Assembly: GCA_944332025.1 (NCBI GenBank)
Contig: CALVJB010000002.1
Span: 26,566 to 90,565, forward strand
Source: an uncultured Bacilli bacterium
GTDB taxonomy: Bacteria; Bacillota_I; Bacilli_A; RF39; UBA660
Reading direction: 5' to 3'
DNA: 64,000 nt
The translations under genes and the position numbers were made by a program. Positions 1 through 9,033 of this stretch are shown in pieces. Position 1 is the first letter of the stretch. Each line of letters opens with the position of its first letter. The notes under the pieces are model-generated. The model was not told where the DNA came from, made no database searches, and saw nothing but the letters and a program-made list of their open reading frames with translations.

Positions 1-14
1 AGAGGATGATTTTT

Positions 15-626
15 ATGTATGAATTAGGAATGTATGATAAGTTATCTAAAAGCTTTGTATTATCTAAAGAAGAATCTCATCGTATTGAGATGACAAAGAA
101 AGCTGTTAAGTTTTGTAATACTTTAGAAAGAAAAGGGATACAGTATGATTATTGTATTAGACATAAAGAAGCGACAGGATGTGTTGATTATAGTAGATGG
201 AATGATTATTTAGGAGATGATTATGCTATAGGTAAACATTTACTAGTACAAGAAAGAAAAGGAGAAAAGAAGAAATATTTAGTGATAACAGATAGTTCTA
301 AACAAGTAGATCTAAAATCTTTAAAAGAAGAATTAGATTGTCGTAAATTAGAGTTTGTTAGTCCTAGTGATATGGAGAGCTTAATCAATGCGACACCTGG
401 CAATGTTTCTATATTTAACCTTATATATGATAAAAATAAAGAAATAGAGTTAATTATAGATGAAGATTTATTAGAAGTAGATGAGATAGCTTTTCATCCA
501 TTATACAATGGTATGAGTATATTTATGCCATTACGTGAATGTTTTTATTTTCTTGCAACTATAGGTAGAAGTGCGAAAGTTATGACTATACCAGAGAAAG
601 AAAAAAGTTTTGTATATAAAGCTTAG
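15..626 (+). CDS. YbaK/ProX-like aminoacyl-tRNA deacylase domain protein
   Basis: ORF 6..626; the AGAGGA at 1-6 favours the ATG at 15. YbaK/ProX-type segments (HLLVQERKGEKKKYLVITD, TPGNVSIFNL, DEIAFHPLYNGMSI). Sits directly upstream of asnB-asnS. Confidence 0.55.
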   Translation: MYELGMYDKLSKSFVLSKEESHRIEMTKKAVKFCNTLERKGIQYDYCIRHKEATGCVDYSRWNDYLGDDYAIGKHLLVQERKGEKKKYLVITDSSKQVDLKSLKEELDCRKLEFVSPSDMESLINATPGNVSIFNLIYDKNKEIELIIDEDLLEVDEIAFHPLYNGMSIFMPLRECFYFLATIGRSAKVMTIPEKEKSFVYKA

Positions 627-637
627 GAGGGGTAGAT

Positions 638-2221
638 ATGTGTGGTTTTCAAGTTTACACAAAAAGAGATATTAGTAAAAAAGAATTTTTAGAAGGGTTT
701 TCTAAAATAAAATATAGAGGACCTGATATGAGTAGAGTTATGGAATATGACTTTGGAATCTTTGGATTTCATAGACTATCTATTATGGGGTTAAGTGAAG
801 AAGGGATGCAACCTTTTGAAAGAGATGGTAATGTTTTAGTTTGTAATGGAGAAGTTTATGGATTTCATAAAATTAAAGATGAATTAATTCATGATGGAGT
901 TAAATTTACTAGTGAAAGTGATTGTGAAGTATTACTTCCTATGTATGAAAAATATGGATTAGATATGTTTAAAATGCTAGATAGTGAGTTTGCTCTTGTT
1001 CTTTATGATTCTAAGAAGAAAGATTATGTAGCTGCAAGAGATCCTATTGGTATTAGAGGAATGTTTTATGGATATTCTAAAGTAAGTCATTCTATTATGT
1101 TTGCTAGTGAAGCGAAAGCATTAGTAGACTTATGTAGTGAAGTATATCCTTTTCCACCAGGACATTATTATGCTAATGGAGAGTTTAAAGAATATGTAGA
1201 TATGACTAAAGTAGAGTCTTTTATTAGTGATGATTTAGAAAAAATATATCCTGAGATTCATAAAAGATTAGTAGAGGGAGTTAAGAAAAGATTAGATTCT
1301 GATGTTCCTCTTGGTTTTCTATTAAGTGGAGGACTTGATTCTAGTTTAGTATGTTCTATAGCGTCTAAAATATTAGATAAACCTATTCATACCTTTGCTA
1401 TTGGTATGGATATAGATGCTATTGATTTGAAATATGCTAAACAAGTAGCAGATTATATAGGCAGTATTCATCATGAAGTTATTATTACAAGAGACGATGT
1501 TATTAAAGCCTTAAAAGATGTTATATATCGATTAGAAACATGGGATATTACAACTATTAGAGCATCTATTGGAATGTATTTACTTTCTAAATGGATTAGA
1601 GAAAATACTGATATTAGAGTAATATTAACAGGAGAAGTTAGTGATGAGTTATTTGGTTATAAATATACTGACTTCGCTCCATCTCCTAAAGAGTTCCAAA
1701 AAGAAAGTGAGAAAAGAGTTAGAGAACTATATATGTATGATGTGCTAAGAGCGGATAGATGTATTTCTAGTTGTTCTTTGGAAGCAAGAGTTCCCTTTGC
1801 AGATTTAGATTTTATACATTATGTGATCTCTATTGATCCTAAACTTAAGATGAATACTTATGGTATGGGAAAATATTTACTACGTAAATCTTTTGAGGGG
1901 GATTACTTACCAGAGAATATTTTATATAGAGAAAAGGCTGCTTTTAGTGATGCAGTAGGACACTCATTAGTTGATGATTTAAAAGAATATGCAGAGAGTT
2001 TATATACAGATGAAGAATATGAGAAGAAAATAAAAAAATATCCTAAACATACTCCATTTACTAAAGAGTCATTGTTATATCGTGAGATATTTGAAGAGTT
2101 TTATCTGGGTATGAGTGATTTAATAGTAGACTACTGGATGCCTAATAAAGACTGGGATGGCTGTAAAGTAGATGATCCAAGTGCTAGAGTTTTATCTAAC
2201 TATGGAGATAGTGGTAAATAA
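638..2221 (+). CDS. asnB: asparagine synthetase (glutamine-hydrolysing)
   Basis: N-terminal MCG (Cys2 of class II amidotransferases), SGGLDSS PP-loop, 527 aa; AGGAGG RBS. Confidence 0.9.
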   Translation: MCGFQVYTKRDISKKEFLEGFSKIKYRGPDMSRVMEYDFGIFGFHRLSIMGLSEEGMQPFERDGNVLVCNGEVYGFHKIKDELIHDGVKFTSESDCEVLLPMYEKYGLDMFKMLDSEFALVLYDSKKKDYVAARDPIGIRGMFYGYSKVSHSIMFASEAKALVDLCSEVYPFPPGHYYANGEFKEYVDMTKVESFISDDLEKIYPEIHKRLVEGVKKRLDSDVPLGFLLSGGLDSSLVCSIASKILDKPIHTFAIGMDIDAIDLKYAKQVADYIGSIHHEVIITRDDVIKALKDVIYRLETWDITTIRASIGMYLLSKWIRENTDIRVILTGEVSDELFGYKYTDFAPSPKEFQKESEKRVRELYMYDVLRADRCISSCSLEARVPFADLDFIHYVISIDPKLKMNTYGMGKYLLRKSFEGDYLPENILYREKAAFSDAVGHSLVDDLKEYAESLYTDEEYEKKIKKYPKHTPFTKESLLYREIFEEFYLGMSDLIVDYWMPNKDWDGCKVDDPSARVLSNYGDSGK

Positions 2222-2254
2222 ATGATATAATAAATATGAAAGAGAGGAATAATT

Positions 2255-3637
2255 ATGGTAATTGATGCAAAAGAATTATATGAAAAAATAGATGAATATA
2301 TGGATAAAGAAGTAACTTTGGAAGGATGGATTAGAAATCATCGTAAACAAAAAGAGTTTGGTTTTATAGATTTTTCTGATGGTACTTGTTTTAAACATAT
2401 ACAAGTTGTTTATGATGATAAATTAGAAGATTTTGAAGAGATACAAAAGTATCATGTTGGTAGTGCTATTAGAGTGAAAGGTTTAGTAGTTAAATCTCCT
2501 AAGGAAGGACAACCTTTTGAAATACAGGCAAGTGAAGTTATATTACTAGGAGAATGTCCAGAAGATTATCCAATTCAACCTAAGAAACACTCTCGTGAGT
2601 TTTTAAGAGAACAAGCTTATCTTAGACCTAGAACTAACTTGTTTCAAGCAGTATTTAGAGTTAGAAGTGTAGCAGCTTATGCTATTCATAAATATTTCCA
2701 AGATAGAGGCTATGTTTACTTCCATGCTCCATTAATTACAGCAAGTGACTGTGAAGGAGCAGGAGAGATGTTTCATGTAACATGTCTTGATTTAGATAAT
2801 GTTCCAAAAGTAGATGGTAAAGTAGATTATAGTAAAGATATGTTTTCTAAACCTACATCATTAACAGTATCAGGACAACTAGAAGCAGAGACATTCGCTC
2901 TTGCTTACAAGAAAACTTATACTTTTGGTCCTACATTTAGAGCAGAAAACTCTAATACTAAAGTACATGCTAATGAGTTTTGGATGATTGAACCTGAGAT
3001 TGCTTTTTGTGATTTAAATGGGGATATGGAAATAATGGAAAGTATGTTAAAATATGTAGTTAGTTATGTATTGGAGCACTGTAAAGATGAAATGGAATTC
3101 TTAGATAAATTTGTAGAGAAAGGATTACTTGATAAACTTACTAAACTAGTTAATTCTAAATTTACAAGAGTTACTCACAAAGAGGTTATAGACATATTAC
3201 AAAAAGCAGATGTTAAATGGGAGTTTGAACCTAAACAAGGTGAAGATATTGCAAAAGAACATGAGAAATATATTACAGAATATTTTGATGGACCAGTATT
3301 TATTACTGACTGGCCTAAAGATATTAAAGCTTTCTATATGAAACAAAATCCTGATGGAGAGACTGTTGCAGCAGTAGATCTTGAAGTACCTGGTGCAGGA
3401 GAGATAATGGGTGGTAGTCAAAGAGAAGAAGACTATGATAAATTAGTCACTCGTATGGATGAGTTAGGTATGGATAAAGATGAACTTGACTGGTACATTA
3501 ATCTTCGTAAGTATGGTGGTTGTGTTCATTCAGGATTTGGTATGGGTTTTGAAAGACTTTTAATCTATTTAACAGGTGTTGAAAATATAAGAGATGTTAT
3601 ACCATATCCAAGAACACCTGGTAACTGTGAGTTTTAG
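2255..3637 (+). CDS. asnS: asparaginyl-tRNA synthetase
   Basis: Class II aaRS motifs (FRAEN, GGSQREE, GFGMGFERL), N-terminal anticodon-binding OB fold, 460 aa. Confidence 0.95.
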   Translation: MVIDAKELYEKIDEYMDKEVTLEGWIRNHRKQKEFGFIDFSDGTCFKHIQVVYDDKLEDFEEIQKYHVGSAIRVKGLVVKSPKEGQPFEIQASEVILLGECPEDYPIQPKKHSREFLREQAYLRPRTNLFQAVFRVRSVAAYAIHKYFQDRGYVYFHAPLITASDCEGAGEMFHVTCLDLDNVPKVDGKVDYSKDMFSKPTSLTVSGQLEAETFALAYKKTYTFGPTFRAENSNTKVHANEFWMIEPEIAFCDLNGDMEIMESMLKYVVSYVLEHCKDEMEFLDKFVEKGLLDKLTKLVNSKFTRVTHKEVIDILQKADVKWEFEPKQGEDIAKEHEKYITEYFDGPVFITDWPKDIKAFYMKQNPDGETVAAVDLEVPGAGEIMGGSQREEDYDKLVTRMDELGMDKDELDWYINLRKYGGCVHSGFGMGFERLLIYLTGVENIRDVIPYPRTPGNCEF

Positions 3638-3647
3638 GAGGAGTAAA

Positions 3648-4142
3648 ATGAATAATTTCTTGTTAAAAGTAATAGATGCTAATGGTATTGAAATACTTGA
3701 TGATAAACAAGCTTTTGGTAAAACTCATTATGATTCTCTTGATAAGCTTTCAAAAATGATAAATATATCTTTTACAACTAGAAATAGAGAAACAATGGCA
3801 TTACAATTAGCGGAAGAAAGAAATTTGACAACTATTTTCAATGTTAAAGTAGGTTATCTTTTCGTTTTACCAGAAAATTGTACTGAACTTTTAATCAATT
3901 ATTTAGAAAATAATTTACCTTTATATCAAGAAGAAGAACAAAAAGGTAAGATAATTGAAGTAAGACTTTTCTCTAAGGAACCAGTTTATTATAATCACAA
4001 CCATTATCGTGATTTAATAACAGAAGAAAAGATAGATATTTTAGAAGGTAAGAAAAAAGAAGAAGAATTAGTTACAGTGTTGTTAAAAGAAGAACTTGCA
4101 AGACAAAAAGAGCTAATTGAATCAAAAAAAGATTTATGTTAA
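3648..4142 (+). CDS. hypothetical protein
   Basis: ORF 3594..4142 overlaps the asnS end. AGGAGG-7 nt-ATG at 3648 gives a 164-aa product (MNNFLLKVIDANG...). No family recognised. Confidence 0.5.
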   Translation: MNNFLLKVIDANGIEILDDKQAFGKTHYDSLDKLSKMINISFTTRNRETMALQLAEERNLTTIFNVKVGYLFVLPENCTELLINYLENNLPLYQEEEQKGKIIEVRLFSKEPVYYNHNHYRDLITEEKIDILEGKKKEEELVTVLLKEELARQKELIESKKDLC

Positions 4143-4164
4143 AAAACAACATAAATCTTTTTTG
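4128..4164 (+). terminator. rho-independent terminator
   Basis: 13-bp stem AAAGATTTATGTT / AACATAAATCTTT, 7-nt loop, then a T-run. Overlaps the stop codon at 4140. Confidence 0.7.
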
Positions 4165-4232
4165 TATCATTATTTTGGTTTACAAATATTCTTTTTGATG
4201 ATAAAATATAAACTATAAAAGAGGTGAGGATT

Positions 4233-5276
4233 ATGAATGAAATTGGAAGAAATTTAAAAAAAATAAGATTATTAAAAAGCCTTTCTCTTAAAGAAGCTGG
4301 TAATCTTCTTAATATGTCTCCTACTGCTGTTTCAAAATATGAGAAGGGGAATATAGTACCTGATTCTCTTAAACTAATAGAGTTTGCTAATGCCTATGAT
4401 GTTAAAACTATTGATTTAATTAAAGCATATAAAACACCTAAAATGGAATTTACTTCTTTTAGAAAGAAAAAAAGATTAACTGGTGGAAATTTAGAACTTT
4501 TGAAGCAATTAATATTAGAAGAAGTTTCTAAGTATTTAGAAGTTCTTAATTTAAGTAATGTAAGTATTAATAAAATCAAATTAAAAAAATATCTATGTAA
4601 TAATTTAAATGATGCCGAAAAAGCAGCAGAGAGTTTTAGAAACTTTATTGAGATATCTAATAAACAACCAATATCAGATTTAATTAACATATTAGAGAAT
4701 TTAGGTATTATTATAATTCAATTAAAAAATTATGATAATCGTTTTAGTGATTTTGATGGTTTAAGCGAAATTGTTGAAGGAGTTCCTGTCATTGTATTAT
4801 TAGATGGTATAACTGATGGAGCGAGACAAAGATTTACCATTGCTCATGAACTAGCTCATTTAATATTAGATATTAAAGATGAAAACATAGATGAAGAAAA
4901 GTTATGTAATCGTTTTGCTAGTGCTTTATTGATGCCTAAAGAAGCGATTATAAATGAGTTTGGTTTATTTAGAAAAAATATAAGTTTTTATGAGTTGAAT
5001 GCTTTTAAAAATGAATATAAAGTTAGTTATGCAGCGATTGTATATAGACTAAAAGATTTAAATATTATTTCAGAATATCTCTATAAAAAATTAAATATAT
5101 TTATAAGTAAAAATATAGAAAAAAATGATCCTAATCCTATAATGCCTGAAGTATCATATCAATTTAAAAGAATTGTTCATAAATTAAAAGCAAATGGGAT
5201 AATCACTTTAAATAAAGCTTGCGAACTTTTGGGGGTATCAGCTGATGAGTATAACAGAGAAGATTATAGTTACTGA
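4233..5276 (+). CDS. XRE-family HTH fused to ImmA/IrrE-family metallo-endopeptidase
   Basis: N-terminal HTH_3 (LKEAGNLLNMSPTAVSKYEKG) and a C-terminal ImmA/IrrE HEXXH region (RQRFTIAHELAHLIL). ATG at 4233 with AGAGGTG RBS; ORF track starts at GTG 4224. Confidence 0.8.
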   Translation: MNEIGRNLKKIRLLKSLSLKEAGNLLNMSPTAVSKYEKGNIVPDSLKLIEFANAYDVKTIDLIKAYKTPKMEFTSFRKKKRLTGGNLELLKQLILEEVSKYLEVLNLSNVSINKIKLKKYLCNNLNDAEKAAESFRNFIEISNKQPISDLINILENLGIIIIQLKNYDNRFSDFDGLSEIVEGVPVIVLLDGITDGARQRFTIAHELAHLILDIKDENIDEEKLCNRFASALLMPKEAIINEFGLFRKNISFYELNAFKNEYKVSYAAIVYRLKDLNIISEYLYKKLNIFISKNIEKNDPNPIMPEVSYQFKRIVHKLKANGIITLNKACELLGVSADEYNREDYSY

Positions 5277-5760
5277 TACAAATATAATAACAGATTTAAA
5301 TAATGCAAATATTTTAGATAAATTTGTAGGCTTAGATAATGTTTATATAAGTGATTTAGTTAAAAATGATGAAGTAAACTCTAAAACTGGTGATTTAAAA
5401 ATTATCGATAAATTTAAAACACTTAGACTAACTGATGAACAATTAATAGAAGTAAGTACTTTATCTAGTGAAGAAAATAAATTATCTGTATATGATTTAA
5501 TAAATTATATACTTGCAAGAGATAATGATGGAATACTGGCGACAGGCGATAATAGATTAAAAAATTATTCAGAAAAAAATGGGGTGAAGGTAATTAGAAC
5601 CTTAAAAATTATTAAATTGTTGAAAGATAATAATATAATATCTTGTAAAGAAGTGATTAAAGCTTGTATTTTGTTGAAAGAATGCCAGAGTACTAGAATA
5701 CCAGAAGAAGATATTAATAATTTAATAACAGAATTTAAAACAGGATTAGTTATAATTTAA
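5245..5760 (+). CDS. PIN-like (DUF4411-like) putative nuclease
   Basis: Acidic residues spaced as in PIN domains (IIVTDTNIITDL ... ILATGDNRL). Start overlaps the end of the ImmA/IrrE gene, so likely translationally coupled. Confidence 0.5.
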   Translation: MSITEKIIVTDTNIITDLNNANILDKFVGLDNVYISDLVKNDEVNSKTGDLKIIDKFKTLRLTDEQLIEVSTLSSEENKLSVYDLINYILARDNDGILATGDNRLKNYSEKNGVKVIRTLKIIKLLKDNNIISCKEVIKACILLKECQSTRIPEEDINNLITEFKTGLVII

Positions 5761-5848
5761 TAAATTATTAATAGAATATTATAATATTGGTAATAAAGAC
5801 AAAATCTTCTCTTTTCTATATAATAAGTGTATATTCGGTTTAGAATTA

Positions 5849-5869
5849 AATAAGGGGCTGAGTAGAAAT
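5849..5869 (+). repeat. 21-bp inverted repeat, left copy (AATAAGGGGCTGAGTAGAAAT)
   Basis: Perfect reverse complement of 6132..6152. Confidence 0.8.
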
Positions 5870-5893
5870 GAATAATTTCTATTCAGTTTTTTT
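5858..5893 (+). terminator. rho-independent terminator
   Basis: CTGAGTAGAAAT / ATTTCTATTCAG hairpin (one mismatch) followed by TTTTTTT. Downstream of the ImmA-PIN pair. Confidence 0.55.
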
Positions 5894-6128
5894 GAAATCA
5901 AGTAAAAAATTAAAAAAGCGAAAGAAAACTTAATTTCTAACGCTATATGTGATACGTAATCTAATGACAAAAGAAGATGTATCACATGAACTATTTTAAC
6001 ACAAAAGCATTTATTTTAATAGTTCCCTCAACAAGTACTATGAGGAAATTAAAAAAATATATTTATTATAAATATACATTTTTATAAATACTAAGAAATC
6101 AAACAAAAAAGAGGCTAGAAATTTTTAC

Positions 6129-6905
6129 TCAATTTCTACTCAGCCCCTTATTTAAATATTCAAGTATATTATCTTTTAAATATAGGCACTCACTTGTGTC
6201 TTTAACATTAAATGCCTTGATAAAAGTATTAATGATATTATCAATAGTATCTTTAGTAATTATTCTCTTGCTAGCTTGTAAATTTAAATCATAGACAAAA
6301 GCTAAGATATTAGCAAGTTTGTCTATAGCAGTTTTTCTGTTTCTTAAATCAACTAATCTATGACTATCAAAATCTTCTTTTACTTTAGAATCTAATTTAG
6401 CTCCTTCTACATATGGCAAAATATAAAAGTCTTTAATATTATTATCGTAGGTAGCTACATAAAATATATCTAATTTATCGGCATCTCTAATTGCTTTACA
6501 AAATAGTTCTTCTTTAGAAGTTAATTCATAATTTAAATTCATTTTATTATGGTATTTAACAGCTTTATAAATAATATCATCATACTTATTATCATCTATA
6601 AACCTTCTAATAAGATTATCTTTGAAAAGAATCTCTGCTCCTAAATCGGCATGGTCTATAGTTTTACTATCAACAATAGAATTATATCTTTTCATTTGAA
6701 GAAATCTGCCGATATCGTGTAAATAACCAATTAGAATTAAAAGGTTAGTATCTTCTAAAGAAAGATTAAGTGCATTAGCAATTTTTTTACAATTATTTTT
6801 TACTCTTAAAGTATGTTCATACTTTCTTTTAATAGTTACATTATTAAAATCATACTCGCTAACATAATCTTTAAAAGTTTTATCTATTTTTTCTAAATCT
6901 ATCAT
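6129..6905 (-). CDS. HD-domain phosphohydrolase
   Basis: HD motif (IGYLHDIGRF) with a downstream DHADLG; 258 aa. Confidence 0.7.
   Translation of the reverse strand: MIDLEKIDKTFKDYVSEYDFNNVTIKRKYEHTLRVKNNCKKIANALNLSLEDTNLLILIGYLHDIGRFLQMKRYNSIVDSKTIDHADLGAEILFKDNLIRRFIDDNKYDDIIYKAVKYHNKMNLNYELTSKEELFCKAIRDADKLDIFYVATYDNNIKDFYILPYVEGAKLDSKVKEDFDSHRLVDLRNRKTAIDKLANILAFVYDLNLQASKRIITKDTIDNIINTFIKAFNVKDTSECLYLKDNILEYLNKGLSRN
6132..6152 (-). repeat. 21-bp inverted repeat, right copy
   Basis: ATTTCTACTCAGCCCCTTATT is the perfect reverse complement of 5849..5869. It overlaps the last 6 codons (KGLSRN) of the HD-domain gene. Confidence 0.8.
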
Positions 6906-6913
6906 GATTCCTC

Positions 6914-7825
6914 CTAAAATATAAGAGTTTTTAATATTCTTTGTGTATTTCTAAAATTATACTTTGCTACATCTTTTAACTTTTCTTCTCCATATTTATT
7001 AACAAGCTCTTCTCCAACTTTATCAACATTAACTCCAGCTCCTTTAGGAAGAGGAAGTCCTACTTCATCACATAATCTATCAAACTCTTTTAAGAAGATA
7101 TATCTACTAATAATAGAAGCTGCTCCAACAGCTAGATTCTTATCTTCAGCTTTTTGAACGAAAGTAATACCTCTTTGAACATTAGGAACATCTTTAATAT
7201 AATCATAGTATCTAGCTTCTCTTGCGAATTCATCTACAATAATATAGTCAACGTCTGGTTTTAATTCTTGCATTATCTGGTATAATACTTTGTTATGCAT
7301 AATAGCCTTTATCTTATTCATATTAATATCTCTACTATACTTTTCATTATATTCTTTATTAGTTAGAATAACTGAACGATAAGGAATCTTTTTTATAAGT
7401 TCTGGAGTTACTTTTAAAATAAAGTCATCTGTTAATTTTTTAGAGTCTCTTATCCCTAAATCTTCTAAATACTTTACATTATCTTTACTAACATAAGTTG
7501 CAGTTACAACAATAGGACCAAAGTAGTCTCCTGTTCCAACTTCATCACTACCAACTGATGATACGTTATGATATATAGAATCCTTTTCTTTCTGTTTTTC
7601 TTTTTCTTCCTTAGTATTAGATAAAAAAGTTCCCCACATCGCTGCATCTACATCAGCACTTGTTCCTTGAAACATAACTTTACCAGATTCATACATAGTA
7701 ATAACAGTATCTTCATCTTTCGCTTGAAATACAACATAAGGAATCTTTTTATCACGCATTTTATCCTTGTAATACTCTATCATTTTTTGTTTTACTTCAT
7801 CATTTACTTTAATAACTACGTTCAT
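6914..7825 (-). CDS. rnhC: ribonuclease HIII
   Basis: 303 aa. N-terminal TBP-like domain (PYVVFQAKDEDTVITMYESGKVMFQG) plus an RNase H catalytic domain (GSDEVGTGDYFGP). Divergent from cvpA, as in Bacillus. Confidence 0.8.
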   Translation of the reverse strand: MNVVIKVNDEVKQKMIEYYKDKMRDKKIPYVVFQAKDEDTVITMYESGKVMFQGTSADVDAAMWGTFLSNTKEEKEKQKEKDSIYHNVSSVGSDEVGTGDYFGPIVVTATYVSKDNVKYLEDLGIRDSKKLTDDFILKVTPELIKKIPYRSVILTNKEYNEKYSRDINMNKIKAIMHNKVLYQIMQELKPDVDYIIVDEFAREARYYDYIKDVPNVQRGITFVQKAEDKNLAVGAASIISRYIFLKEFDRLCDEVGLPLPKGAGVNVDKVGEELVNKYGEEKLKDVAKYNFRNTQRILKTLIF

Positions 7826-7902
7826 ACTTTACACCTCTTACAAAATATTATAGCATAGTTTTAAAATATAGTTTATAATAAATATAGAAGGAGTGTGGTT
7901 TT

Positions 7903-8616
7903 ATGAGCCCAAATATATTTAGTGTTATTATTATTCTTTTAATACTAGCTTGTGGAGTTTTAGGTAGTAAAAGAGGAATACTTAAAGAACTTGTTATTAT
8001 TGTAGGTACAATTGTAGTATTTGTACTATCTTTCTTATTAAAAGATGTGGTAGCTTCTATTTTCTGTCAGAACTTACCGTTCTTTAATTTTAGAATACCT
8101 TTAGGTAATTTGGTAAGTTTAAATATTATTTTCTATCAATTAATAGCATTTTTAATATTAGTAATACTATTTAGATTAATTCTTCAAATATTAGTTGATG
8201 TTACAGGTATATTTAATAAGATTATTAATGCTACTATAATACTTGCTTTGCCTAATAAATTATTAGGATTTATTGTAGGACTATTAGAAGGTTATATCTT
8301 AATGTTTATTATTTTAAATGTTATTGCAATTCCTATGAGTGGTAGTGAGTTATTTATGGATTCTTCTGTTAGAAAGTTTATTGTCAATGATACTCCAGTA
8401 CTTAAAGATTCAATTGGTGGTTTAAACTATGCTATTGAAGATGTACTTAGCTTATCTAGTAAAGATGATAGAAATACTAATGATTTAAAAGTAATTGATA
8501 TTATGTTAAAATATGATGTAGTTACAACTGATTTTATGGATGATGTTAAATCTACTGGTAAATTAGATAAAATATCAGGACTTGATAGTGTAATAGATAA
8601 ATATAGGGAGGAATAG
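7903..8616 (+). CDS. cvpA: CvpA-family membrane protein
   Basis: Multi-pass membrane protein. AAGGAGTG RBS. Conserved rnhC-cvpA neighbourhood. Confidence 0.65.
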   Translation: MSPNIFSVIIILLILACGVLGSKRGILKELVIIVGTIVVFVLSFLLKDVVASIFCQNLPFFNFRIPLGNLVSLNIIFYQLIAFLILVILFRLILQILVDVTGIFNKIINATIILALPNKLLGFIVGLLEGYILMFIILNVIAIPMSGSELFMDSSVRKFIVNDTPVLKDSIGGLNYAIEDVLSLSSKDDRNTNDLKVIDIMLKYDVVTTDFMDDVKSTGKLDKISGLDSVIDKYREE

Positions 8617-8618
8617 TT

Positions 8619-8924
8619 ATGTATTATTTAGAAAATGTTGATGATTTTGAAAATTTAATTAAAGAAGGAGATGTTTTAGTAGATTTCTTTGCTACTTGGT
8701 GTGGACCATGTAAGATGTTAAGTCCAGTACTTGAAGAAATAGCAGAGAAATTTCCAAGAATAAAAGTAGTTAAAGTAGATATAGATCAGTTTGACGACTT
8801 AACAAGAGCGCATGGTATTATGAGTGTACCTACTTTAGAAGTATATAGGAATGGTACTTTAGTAAAAAAAGAAGTGGGTTATCATAATCTAGATGAAATA
8901 GTATCTTGGTTACCAAGGGACTAG
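8619..8924 (+). CDS. trxA: thioredoxin
   Basis: WCGPC active site; 101 aa. Confidence 0.9.
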   Translation: MYYLENVDDFENLIKEGDVLVDFFATWCGPCKMLSPVLEEIAEKFPRIKVVKVDIDQFDDLTRAHGIMSVPTLEVYRNGTLVKKEVGYHNLDEIVSWLPRD

Positions 8925-8942
8925 TAAAAACTAGTCTTTTTT
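8919..8942 (+). terminator. rho-independent terminator
   Basis: GACTAG/CTAGTC stem, then TTTTTT. Confidence 0.65.
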
Positions 8943-9033
8943 CTTGGTTGCAACTGAAAATTTACATAAATTAACTTAAAATTGGTGGGACGCAACCGAG
9001 TTTTTTGGTAAATTTTAAACAGAGGTGAGAAAT

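Noticed and set aside
221-403. Short antisense or alternative-frame ORFs from the six-frame track (221-403, 3197-3421, 4394-4690, 5779-5985, 7667-7858, 11575-11778, 12255-12461, 15446-15864, 16031-16222, 18052-18258, 18491-18739, 24406-24663, 34131-34388, 38597-38854, 42081-42362, 52308-52517, 53161-53400, 54142-54342)
   Set aside because: Each lies inside or opposite a well-supported longer gene, has a low-complexity AT-rich-frame composition (Ile/Leu/Phe/Lys runs), and has no RBS. They are treated as spurious.
3594-3647. Extended N-terminus of ORF 3594-4142 overlapping asnS by 44 nt
   Set aside because: A strong AGGAGG-7 nt-ATG at 3648 explains the ORF without a long overlap. The upstream extension is probably out-of-context read-through of the frame.
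8946-9033. Possible riboswitch or structured RNA between trxA and the HTH-membrane gene (CTTGGTTGC...GCAACCGAG plus U-run)
   Set aside because: This is only a 9-bp imperfect long-range stem with a 35-nt loop, and no recognisable aptamer features. It is most simply a weak secondary terminator.
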